Shown here: positions 46,406 through 54,141 of the stretch, piece by piece | How the letters are laid out: the number at the start of each line of letters is the position of its first letter | How positions within the stretch are numbered: position 1 is the first letter of the stretch | NCBI GenBank assembly: GCA_964414145.1 | Contig: CAYPVH010000003.1 | Span: 30,592-94,591, forward strand | Origin: an uncultured Gammaproteobacteria bacterium | GTDB lineage: Bacteria; Patescibacteriota; Microgenomatia; UBA1406 | Length of the DNA: 64,000 nt | Direction of reading: 5' to 3' | The notes under the pieces: model-generated | What the model was told of the DNA's origin: nothing | Database searches by the model: none | Seen by the model: only the letters and a program-made list of their open reading frames with translations | Made by a program: the position numbers and the translations under genes

Positions 46406-47755
46406 ATGACAACAATAGTTGATACTGAAAAAGCAGAAAAAGTTGTAAACTCGGCTGAGGAAGTTAATGATAAAGAAAGAGACAGAAGACTAAACCGTTT
46501 CTCAAACGGTGTTTTAGCTTTGGCAGTAGTATTTTTTATATTTGTTTCCGGTTATCGGCTTGGTGAATACCAATCCGAAACCAAGAAAAGTAGAGAAACA
46601 AACACAACCAATAAAGTGTTTCAGCCAAAAACGTCACCCTTGGAAGTTGAAAAAACTACAGACTTGTCACTGTTTTGGGAAGTATGGGCAACTTTGCAAT
46701 CTAAATATGCCGAACAAGACAAGTTGGAAAACGAAAAGATGGTTTATGGAGCCATTAAGGGAATGGTTGCTTCACTTGAAGATCCATATACTTTTTTCTT
46801 AACTCCAAAAGAAAACCAGGAATCTAAGGATGACCTGGGGGGTAAATATGAAGGAATTGGCGCTCAATTAGGAATGAAAGACAACAGTATTATAGTTGTG
46901 GCGCCGTTGAAGAATTCACCGGCTGAAGAGGCGGGATTAAGAAATGGAGACATTATAATTATGGTAGACAATAAATCTACCAAGGGTTGGACTCTTACCG
47001 AAGCGGTCAACAATATACGGGGTAAGGAAAATACTAAAGTTACATTGGGGATTGCCAGAAAATCGGAAAAAGAACCAATACAAATTGAAATTGTCAGGCA
47101 AAAAATAAAAATGGAATCAGTAGAGCTTTCATATAAAAAACAGAATGGTTGCAGCAAGGATTGTAAAACAGTTGCCTTTATTAAAGTTTCGCAATTTGGT
47201 GACACAACAAACGAAGAATGGGATAAGGCAGTCTACGATGTAAGCCAGAAGTGGAATAAGAAAACGATTAGTGGTTTGGTTGTTGATATGCGCAATAACC
47301 CGGGAGGCTACTTGGATGGTTCGGTATATTTAGCTTCAGAATTTTTAGATGTGGGAAAGTTGGTGGTTAAACAGCAATATGCCGGTGGTAACGGGAAAGA
47401 TTATTTGGTTGAAAGAGAAGGGTACTTAAAAGATATACCCTTAGTTGTGTTAATCAATGAAGGTTCGGCTTCGGCATCGGAAATTTTTGCCGGAGCCATG
47501 AATGATCATGATAGGGCAAAATTGGTTGGTAAAAAAACATTTGGCAAGGGTTCGGTTCAGGAAGCACTCAATTTGGAAAATGGTACCGGATTGCATGTAA
47601 CAGTAGCAAAATGGATATTACCGGGTGGTGATTGGATTAATTCTAAGGGTATTAAACCTACATTTGAAGTAGATAATGAAGTGAAAGAAGGTAATACCCT
47701 AACAGATGAAACCGACAAACAAATGCAGAAGGCTATTTCGGAAATATTAAAATAA
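46406..47755 (+). CDS. ctpA: carboxy-terminal processing peptidase (S41) with PDZ domain
   Basis: PDZ GIGAQLG...VVAPLKNSPAEEAGLRNGDIIIMVD. DMRNNPGGYL. Catalytic region LINEGSASASEIFAGA...GKKTFGKG. Confidence 0.9.
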   Translation: MTTIVDTEKAEKVVNSAEEVNDKERDRRLNRFSNGVLALAVVFFIFVSGYRLGEYQSETKKSRETNTTNKVFQPKTSPLEVEKTTDLSLFWEVWATLQSKYAEQDKLENEKMVYGAIKGMVASLEDPYTFFLTPKENQESKDDLGGKYEGIGAQLGMKDNSIIVVAPLKNSPAEEAGLRNGDIIIMVDNKSTKGWTLTEAVNNIRGKENTKVTLGIARKSEKEPIQIEIVRQKIKMESVELSYKKQNGCSKDCKTVAFIKVSQFGDTTNEEWDKAVYDVSQKWNKKTISGLVVDMRNNPGGYLDGSVYLASEFLDVGKLVVKQQYAGGNGKDYLVEREGYLKDIPLVVLINEGSASASEIFAGAMNDHDRAKLVGKKTFGKGSVQEALNLENGTGLHVTVAKWILPGGDWINSKGIKPTFEVDNEVKEGNTLTDETDKQMQKAISEILK

Positions 47756-47759
47756 AACT

Positions 47760-48902
47760 ATGAAAAAAACAGTAACGTTACTTGTTGTTATTGTTCTAAT
47801 ATTAATACTGGGTGTTTCGTCTGGATTATTTAAGGTAGATCCGTTAAACGAATATTTACAACCCCCAGGTAGTCAAGATAGCCCTAGAAACAATATAGAA
47901 TTTGACAGTGAAGAGTCGGTAGTTGTTAGTGTAGTTGAAAATTCGCTTTCATCTGTTGTAACAATTAATATTCAAAAAACAACAGCAAGCGAAGACATAG
48001 TTCAGTTTGATCCATTTAATCCATTTGCACCTTTTAATGTTCAACCCGGTGAAGAAGAAACGATAGAACAAAATATTGGTAGCGGACTTCTGGTTGAATC
48101 AGATGAAATTGTGGTAACGAACCGCCATGTGGTTGCAGATACTGACGCGGAATACAGTATCATTACAAATGATGGTAAGGAGTATTTAGCAAAGAAAATA
48201 TTAAGGGACCCATTAAACGATTTGGCGATAATTGAAGTGGAAAAAACCGGAATTAAACCGCTAGAATTAGGGGATTCGGATAGTTTAAAGTTAGGGCAAC
48301 TTGCAATTGCAATTGGAACTCCGTTAGGAGAGTTTAGAAATACGGTTACAACAGGAGTTATTTCGGGACTAGGACGTGGAATTACTGCCGGTTCGCCATT
48401 TGAAAACTATGTTGAGCGATTAGATAACGTTATTCAGACCGATGCGGCTATTAATCCGGGTAACTCGGGTGGGCCGCTTTTAAATTCAGCTGGCGAAGTG
48501 ATAGGAATTAATACAGCGGTTTCGCAAAGTGGTGAAAATATTGGTTTTGCAATTCCTTCAAATGTTGTTAAAAATTTAATTAATAACTATAAAAGTTCGG
48601 GTGGGAAAATTAGCAGACCATACTTGGGAATTAGGTACAACGTAATTAACAAAGAAGCGGCTGTTGCAAACGAGATAGTTGAAGGGGCACATATAATTGA
48701 AGTTATAAGCGGGACTGGGGCCGACACGGCAGGCTTACAAAAAGGAGACATTATTCAAAGTATAGATGGTGAGCAAATAAACGAAGATAATGATTTAAGC
48801 GGAATAATAAGGGAAAAAAGCGTTGGTGAGCGCCTTGAATTGAGTGTATGGCGAAATGGTAAGAGTTTTGATGTTGAAGTGAAGCTGGGTGAGTTTGAGT
48901 AA
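47760..48902 (+). CDS. htrA: HtrA/DegP-family serine protease (S1C) with PDZ domain
   Basis: VTNRHVV (His), DLAIIEV (Asp), GNSGGPLLN (Ser), and a C-terminal PDZ with GLQKGDIIQSIDG. Confidence 0.9.
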   Translation: MKKTVTLLVVIVLILILGVSSGLFKVDPLNEYLQPPGSQDSPRNNIEFDSEESVVVSVVENSLSSVVTINIQKTTASEDIVQFDPFNPFAPFNVQPGEEETIEQNIGSGLLVESDEIVVTNRHVVADTDAEYSIITNDGKEYLAKKILRDPLNDLAIIEVEKTGIKPLELGDSDSLKLGQLAIAIGTPLGEFRNTVTTGVISGLGRGITAGSPFENYVERLDNVIQTDAAINPGNSGGPLLNSAGEVIGINTAVSQSGENIGFAIPSNVVKNLINNYKSSGGKISRPYLGIRYNVINKEAAVANEIVEGAHIIEVISGTGADTAGLQKGDIIQSIDGEQINEDNDLSGIIREKSVGERLELSVWRNGKSFDVEVKLGEFE

Positions 48903-48953
48903 ATTCTGTTTCAGACTTTATTTATCCGGAATAGTTTTGTATAATGATAACTT

Positions 48954-49250
48954 ATGAAAAAAAGTATACACCCAAAATATTATGACCAAGCTACTGTTAG
49001 CTGTGCTTGTGGTAATATTTTTAAAGTTGGTTCGGTAAAACCCCAGATTACTGTTGAAATTTGTTATAAGTGCCATCCATTGTTTACAGGAGAAGAGAGA
49101 TTTGTTGATACCCAAGGTCAGGTAGAAAAATTTTTGGAAAAACGAAAAATTGCGAAAAAATATTCTTCGCAAAGAGCGATGAGTAAAGAAAAAAGAGCAA
49201 AAAACCAGGCGCCTCAGAAAACTCTGAAAGATCTTTTGGCTTCTGCCTAA
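48954..49250 (+). CDS. rpmE: 50S ribosomal protein L31
   Basis: [10 protein letters not shown]...CxC...[10 protein letters not shown]. Confidence 0.9.
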   Translation: MKKSIHPKYYDQATVSCACGNIFKVGSVKPQITVEICYKCHPLFTGEERFVDTQGQVEKFLEKRKIAKKYSSQRAMSKEKRAKNQAPQKTLKDLLASA

Positions 49251-49278
49251 GTTTTGTAAACGTGGTAAAATTTAACTT

Positions 49279-49983
49279 ATGAATAGTAATATTTGTTTAA
49301 TTGAAGTTGTACAAGGTGTTGGTGGCGACGAGGCAAAGATTTGGGCTTCGGACTTAATTAAAATGTATACACGTTACGCAGAAAAAATAGGTTGGAAAGT
49401 GAAAACCATATCTGACTACTTAATTAGAGTAAAAGGAGAAGGTTGTTATGAAAAGCTAAGGTATGAGGTAGGGGTGCATCGGGTTCAAAGGATTCCGGAA
49501 ACGGAAAGATATGGCAGAATTCATACATCAGCTTCAACCGTACTTGTCACACCGGAAGTAGGCGAGACTAACGTTAATGTTAATCCTTCAGACTTGGAAT
49601 GGCAGTTTTACAGAAGTGGCGGTCATGGTGGGCAGAATGTGAATAAAGTTTCAACTGCCGTTCGGTTAACTCATAGGCCTTCTGGAATCGTAGTTACTTG
49701 TTCTCAGGAGCGGACTCAGATACAAAACAAAGAAATTGCTTTATCTTTATTAACCGGTAAGCTGGAAAGGCTAGCAGAAGACAGTAGGAAAGGGCTAATT
49801 TCTTCATTTTCAGAAAACGCAGGTCATGGTGAACGTTCCGAAAAAATTAGGACATATAATTACCCACAAAATAGGGTAACAGATCACCGGATTAAAAAGA
49901 GTTTCCATAATTTAGATAGAATAGTTACTGGTGACTTGGATAAGATGCTACGCAAAGTACACAAATTAATGCCCAAAAAATAA
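49279..49983 (+). CDS. prfA: class-I peptide chain release factor, RF1-type, lacking N-terminal domain 1
   Basis: Starts at the domain-2 equivalent (IEVVQGVGGDEA). Has a PxT-type tripeptide PET in VHRVQRIPETERYGRIHTS and the GGQ motif in SGGHGGQNVNKV. Only 234 aa. Confidence 0.8.
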   Translation: MNSNICLIEVVQGVGGDEAKIWASDLIKMYTRYAEKIGWKVKTISDYLIRVKGEGCYEKLRYEVGVHRVQRIPETERYGRIHTSASTVLVTPEVGETNVNVNPSDLEWQFYRSGGHGGQNVNKVSTAVRLTHRPSGIVVTCSQERTQIQNKEIALSLLTGKLERLAEDSRKGLISSFSENAGHGERSEKIRTYNYPQNRVTDHRIKKSFHNLDRIVTGDLDKMLRKVHKLMPKK

Positions 49984-49998
49984 AAACAGATATTAGTT

Positions 49999-50004
49999 TA
50001 TAAT
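49999..50004 (+). promoter_or_regulatory. -10 hexamer TATAAT, 6 nt before rnj ATG
   Basis: gttTATAAT followed by gaaata then ATG. Confidence 0.4.
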
Positions 50005-50010
50005 GAAATA

Positions 50011-51645
50011 ATGAAATTAAGAATTATACCATTAGGAGGCCAGTCTAACGTTACTAAAAATCTTTATGTTTACGAATATTGGGAAAATGACGAAATAAAA
50101 GATATTGTTCTTATAGACTGTGGCGTGGGGTTTTTGTCTCATTTGCAAAATCTTGGGGTTGACTTTGTTATTCCCGACGTTAGTTACTTGAACGATAAGC
50201 TTCACTTGATTAGAGCATTATTGATAAGCCATGGGCATGACGACCATATTGGTGCCGTACCCTATATTTTACCTCTTTTAAACTTTCCCCCGGTTTATGC
50301 CCCCAAATTGGCGGCGTTACTGATTAAGGAAAAACTAAAAGAGCTGGAAATAGCTAAGGCAAGGGTAGATATCATTAAATTTCATCATGATTACCAATTT
50401 GGGAATATTAAAGCCAGGTATATTCACATGACTCATTCAATACCAGACACGACACACATATTTTTAAAAACACCTGTTGGAAATATTTATCACGGATCGG
50501 ACTACAAATTCGACCTAACTCCGGTTTACGGTAACCCGCCGGACTTTTCAGAAATTGTTGCCGCCGGAGACACTGGTGTTAAAGTTATGCTTTCGGACGC
50601 GCTTGGGTCTGAAAAAGAAGGATTTACTCTTTCGGAGCGGATTGTTGGTAACACTTTTGAAGAAGAAATGAGGAAAACTAAGGGTAGATTTTTTGTAACA
50701 ACATTTGCTTCGAATATTTCCAGAATCAAACAAGCCATTGAGGCGGCAATGAAATTTAATCGAAAGGTTATTTTTGCCGGGCGAAGCATGAAAAGAAACA
50801 TGGAAATAGCATTGAGCGAAGGCTATGTAAAGCTTAACCGAGAGCATGTGGTTGATGACAAAGCTATAAACAGATTAAACCCAAAGAATACTTGTATTAT
50901 TTTAACCGGATCGCAGGGTGAGTACAATTCGGCACTTGACCGAATTGCGAGCGGTAAGCATAGAACTATTAAAGTACAGAAGAACGATAGAATCTTGTTT
51001 TCTTCGGACCCGATTCCCGGCAATGAAGAGCATGTGCAAGAAGTGATTGAAAATTTGATTGAACGGGGTGCTGAAGTTATTTATACGGCAATTCGTGACC
51101 AGCTTCATGCTTCTGGCCATGGCTCGCAGGGCGACCATAAGTTACTTGCCAGACTAGTGCGACCAAGCTATTTGGTACCAATCGGAACTACGGTAAAGCA
51201 CGCCAGAGCTTATGCGGATGTGATGGGTGAACTAGGGTATAGGGAAGATCAGGTTTTTAGGTTTCATGATGGCGAACCGCTGGTGGTTGAAAAAGGAAAT
51301 ATTTATATGGATGAACCGATTCCATTAAAAGAAATGTTGGTTGACGGCCGTTCGATTGGTGACGTTGGCCAAACTATTTTGAATGAAAGAGAAAGCTTGG
51401 GGAAGGAAGGGGTATTGGTTGTGGTAGTAAAGAAGGGTAAGGTTGAACTTATATCTCGTGGTTTTGTGTTTTACGAAAAAGAATTGTTTACTGAAATTGA
51501 AAAGTTGGCAAGAAGTATAATCAAGAAAAATAGGAACAGAAAGGCATTGGAGGAGCAGTTAGCAAGCCAATTAGCCGGATTTGTTAGTGCTCGTCTTGAA
51601 AGAAGCCCTGAAATTGTACCGGTTGTGGTTGATGAGGTAAAGTAG
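50011..51645 (+). CDS. rnj: ribonuclease J (metallo-beta-lactamase / beta-CASP)
   Basis: LISHGHDDHIGAVPY (HxHxDH), beta-CASP segment, HASGHGSQGD. Confidence 0.9.
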   Translation: MKLRIIPLGGQSNVTKNLYVYEYWENDEIKDIVLIDCGVGFLSHLQNLGVDFVIPDVSYLNDKLHLIRALLISHGHDDHIGAVPYILPLLNFPPVYAPKLAALLIKEKLKELEIAKARVDIIKFHHDYQFGNIKARYIHMTHSIPDTTHIFLKTPVGNIYHGSDYKFDLTPVYGNPPDFSEIVAAGDTGVKVMLSDALGSEKEGFTLSERIVGNTFEEEMRKTKGRFFVTTFASNISRIKQAIEAAMKFNRKVIFAGRSMKRNMEIALSEGYVKLNREHVVDDKAINRLNPKNTCIILTGSQGEYNSALDRIASGKHRTIKVQKNDRILFSSDPIPGNEEHVQEVIENLIERGAEVIYTAIRDQLHASGHGSQGDHKLLARLVRPSYLVPIGTTVKHARAYADVMGELGYREDQVFRFHDGEPLVVEKGNIYMDEPIPLKEMLVDGRSIGDVGQTILNERESLGKEGVLVVVVKKGKVELISRGFVFYEKELFTEIEKLARSIIKKNRNRKALEEQLASQLAGFVSARLERSPEIVPVVVDEVK

Positions 51646-51720
51646 AAGATAAATTCGAAATCCGAATATCGAAATTCGAAACAATCTCAAATAATTAATA
51701 TTAAATAATAAAACTATACT
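51646..51720 (+). repeat. mosaic word-like repeat module (aaattcgaaatccgaatatcgaaattcgaaac + caaat/aata words)
   Basis: Same module series as 18316-18345 and 44831-44857. Confidence 0.75.
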
Positions 51721-51726
51721 AATAAT

Positions 51727-51754
51727 TCATAATCCATAATCCATAATCCATAAT
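51727..51754 (+). repeat. tandem heptamer (t/c)CATAAT x4
   Basis: tcataat ccataat ccataat ccataat. Confidence 0.9.
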
Positions 51755-51761
51755 ATTTTAA

Positions 51762-51902
51762 CCCCGTACCGTGCTTTTCTCTGGTACAGGGGCATAATCC
51801 GTAGTTGATAGATTATTAATATGTCATGTTGAACGCGAGTGCCTGTCCTCCAAATCGGAGGGAAACATTTCATGAAATTCTTCACATGCGTTCAGAATGA
51901 CA
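51762..51902. ncRNA. candidate structured RNA element (two-hairpin, locally GC-richer); strand and function unknown
   Basis: H1 is CCCCGTACC/GGTAC(A)GGGG at 51762-51792. H2 is a 15-bp outer stem, 51822-51836 paired with 51888-51902, with one mismatch. H2 encloses CCTCC-aaatc-GGAGG and the ATTTCATGAAAT palindrome. Confidence 0.3.
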
Positions 51903-51904
51903 GT

Positions 51905-52165
51905 AGAAGAGTTTAAATACGATATTCGAGTTTATATTGACTATTGAATTTTGTCTTTTATCTTCTGATTTATGAATTTCGTCTTTTGTATACTGAATAT
52001 TTTCTATTGGATAATAAATTTTGGATACTGGATAGTGACTATTGATTAATGTATTTTGTCTACTGCATATTGAATACTGTCTAATGACTTCTGGATATTG
52101 GATATTGTCTTCTGGCTTCTGACTAATGGATATTGAATAATGACTATTGACTAATGATATGCAAT
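51905..52165. repeat. low-complexity block of reiterated words (tgactattga, attgaata, ctaatga, tGGATAnt)
   Basis: 51906-51965 is the reverse complement of the 44765-44846 word series. Six TGGATA words lie at 52008, 52022, 52029, 52092, 52099 and 52127. Confidence 0.75.
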
Positions 52166-52171
52166 AAAAAT

Positions 52172-52288
52172 GCCCTGGCTATGACCTATTGTCCCTAGAA
52201 CAAGTCTAAGTATCGTCGGCGCTGAGTAGTTTCACGACTCTGTTCGGAATGGGAAGAGGTGGGCCCTACTCGCACTAATAACCAGAGC
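52172..52288 (-). rRNA. rrf: 5S ribosomal RNA (not linked to 16S/23S in this window)
   Basis: The minus strand reads GCTCTGGTTATTAGTGCGAGTAGGGCCCACCTCTTCCCATTCCGAACAGAGTCGTGAAACTACTCAGCGCCGACGATACTTAG...CATAGCCAGGGC. It has the conserved CCGAAC...GTGAAAC...AGCGCCGA core, and the terminal helix GCUCUGG/CCAGGGC pairs. Confidence 0.9.
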
Positions 52289-52371
52289 AAAATGTATTAT
52301 AGATTATTCAGCTTATGAGTGCAAGTAAAAAGTAATTATTCAATTGCTATAATAATTCTAATTATAAAAAT

Positions 52372-53019
52372 ATGAAGTATACGGATAGGTTTGAGGCAGG
52401 AAAATACCTGGCAGGCAATTTGAAGAAATATAAATCTACTAATTCTTTAGTTTTGGCACTACCAAGGGGTGGAGTACCGGTTGCGTATATAGTTGCAAAA
52501 AGCTTGAATTTACCCCTTGAAGTATTGGTTTCCAGAAAAATAGGCGCTCCCAATAACCCTGAATTTGGAATTGGGGCAATTTCAGAAAACAGCACAGTGG
52601 TACTTGATAAAGAATTAATAAAACAGTTAAAAATTTTGGAAAACAGTTTATCTAGGTTAAAAATGGAAGAAGAGAGAGAACTTAAGCGAAGAATAAATAA
52701 GTACAGAAAAGGTAAAAAGTTGCCAAATTTAAAAGGAAAGACGGCAATAATTATAGATGACGGTTTGGCAACAGGGGTAACAGCATTTGCTGCAGTTGAG
52801 GCAGTTAATAAACTAAAGCCCGAAAGGCTTGTATTAGCGGTACCGGTATGCGCCAAGGAAACGGCAAAAAAAATTAAAGAAAAAGTAGATGAATTTTACT
52901 GTAATTTTGCAGCCTCAGTTTTAAAAGCAATTGGACTGTATTACGAAGACTTTGGGCAAATTAGTGATCGAGAAGTTATTAAGTTGCTGAAAAGGGCAGA
53001 GGACAGGTTTGCTAAGTAA
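52372..53019 (+). CDS. phosphoribosyltransferase-family protein
   Basis: LALPRGGVPVA and the PRPP-binding loop TAIIIDDGLATGVT. Confidence 0.75.
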   Translation: MKYTDRFEAGKYLAGNLKKYKSTNSLVLALPRGGVPVAYIVAKSLNLPLEVLVSRKIGAPNNPEFGIGAISENSTVVLDKELIKQLKILENSLSRLKMEEERELKRRINKYRKGKKLPNLKGKTAIIIDDGLATGVTAFAAVEAVNKLKPERLVLAVPVCAKETAKKIKEKVDEFYCNFAASVLKAIGLYYEDFGQISDREVIKLLKRAEDRFAK

Positions 53020-53058
53020 AGTAACAAATATAAAAATTTGTTTATAAGAGGGATTTAT

Positions 53059-53067
53059 TGATATAAT
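53059..53067 (+). promoter_or_regulatory. extended -10 box TGATATAAT driving the cysK leader
   Basis: Exact TGnTATAAT, 9 nt before sORF ATG 53077. Confidence 0.5.
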
Positions 53068-53076
53068 AACAACATA

Positions 53077-53154
53077 ATGAAACATACAGGCTTTTATAAC
53101 AGTGGTTTTTTTTGTACTCCCCAAATAACGGGGAGGTGTAACTGTTGTAGATAG
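53077..53154 (+). CDS. candidate Cys-rich leader peptide (25 aa: MKHTGFYNSGFFCTPQITGRCNCCR)
   Basis: Hand-translated ATG...TAG ORF with 4 TGT codons (53113, 53137, 53143, 53146). Lies between a promoter and a terminator upstream of cysK. Confidence 0.45.
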   Translation: MKHTGFYNSGFFCTPQITGRCNCCR

Positions 53155-53175
53155 CGCAATATAACAAAATTTACC

Positions 53176-53201
53176 GCCCCGTAATTTACGGGGCTTTTTT
53201 T
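53176..53201 (+). terminator. intrinsic terminator / attenuator hairpin upstream of cysK
   Basis: GCCCCGTA-att-TACGGGGC (8-bp stem) followed by TTTTTTT, 27 nt before cysK ATG. Confidence 0.75.
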
Positions 53202-53227
53202 ATGTATTAAAAATTAATTAACTAAAA

Positions 53228-54127
53228 ATGAAAAATCAAATTAGAAAAATATCGAATTTAATAAGGAACACCCCTATAGTTAGGCTTGATATTAAAAACC
53301 AGATGGTAATAGCCAAACTGGAAAGCTACAACTTAACAGGAAGTATTAAAGACAGAATGGCTATGTATATGGTGCAACAAGCAATAAAAGGGGGAGTACT
53401 GAAGAAGGGTTCTGTAATAATTGAAGCAACAACGGGGAATACAGGTATTGCTTTAGCAGCTCTTTCAGCGGTGCTGGATTACAAATTTATTGCCGTTATG
53501 CCAGAAGACATGAGTATAGAAAGAATGAAAATGTTAAAGCTATATGGCGCCAGAGTAGTTTTAACCAAGAAAAACGACGGGCCCCAAGGCGCAATTAGAA
53601 GAAGAGATTTACTAGCTAGAAAGATAAAAAATTCATGGGTACCGGACCAGTTTGTTAACGCAGATAATGTTACAGCTCACATTCAGGGGATTGCTAGAGA
53701 ACTATTAAGGCAGATAGATGGCAGAGTAGATTACTTGGTACACGGAATTGGTACCGGGGGCACGTTGCTTGGAATAGCGAAGGTATTGAAAAGAAAGTTC
53801 CCAAGTATAAAGGTGGTTGCTGTTGAACCCCGTGAATCGGCGGTGATTGCTGGTGGTAGGGCTGGTCATCACGGTATTCAAGGCATTGGTGAAGGTTTTA
53901 TTCCGAGCTTGGTTGATATGAGGTATATAGACCAGGTGGTTTCTGTTTCAACCAGTGAGGCAGTTAATGAAACAAGAAAAATAGCTAAAAAATACGGCTT
54001 GTTGGTGGGAATTAGTAGTGGGGCAAATATTGCCGCGATAAAAAAAGTATCTGGGGCTGTTGAGGGTAGAAAGAAATTTTTAACCATATTTGCCGACAGA
54101 GGAGAGAGGTATTTGAGTGTGTTGTAA
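53228..54127 (+). CDS. cysK: cysteine synthase (O-acetylserine sulfhydrylase, PLP-dependent)
   Basis: NTPIVRL, PLP-lysine motif GSIKDRMA, TTGNTGIALA, GIGTGGT, SSGAN. Confidence 0.9.
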   Translation: MKNQIRKISNLIRNTPIVRLDIKNQMVIAKLESYNLTGSIKDRMAMYMVQQAIKGGVLKKGSVIIEATTGNTGIALAALSAVLDYKFIAVMPEDMSIERMKMLKLYGARVVLTKKNDGPQGAIRRRDLLARKIKNSWVPDQFVNADNVTAHIQGIARELLRQIDGRVDYLVHGIGTGGTLLGIAKVLKRKFPSIKVVAVEPRESAVIAGGRAGHHGIQGIGEGFIPSLVDMRYIDQVVSVSTSEAVNETRKIAKKYGLLVGISSGANIAAIKKVSGAVEGRKKFLTIFADRGERYLSVL

Positions 54128-54141
54128 TGTAGAATTATTTT

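Noticed and set aside
52362-52856. 164-aa minus-strand ORF
   Set aside because: It is antisense to the phosphoribosyltransferase gene, which has a clear PRPP-binding loop. It has no motifs of its own.
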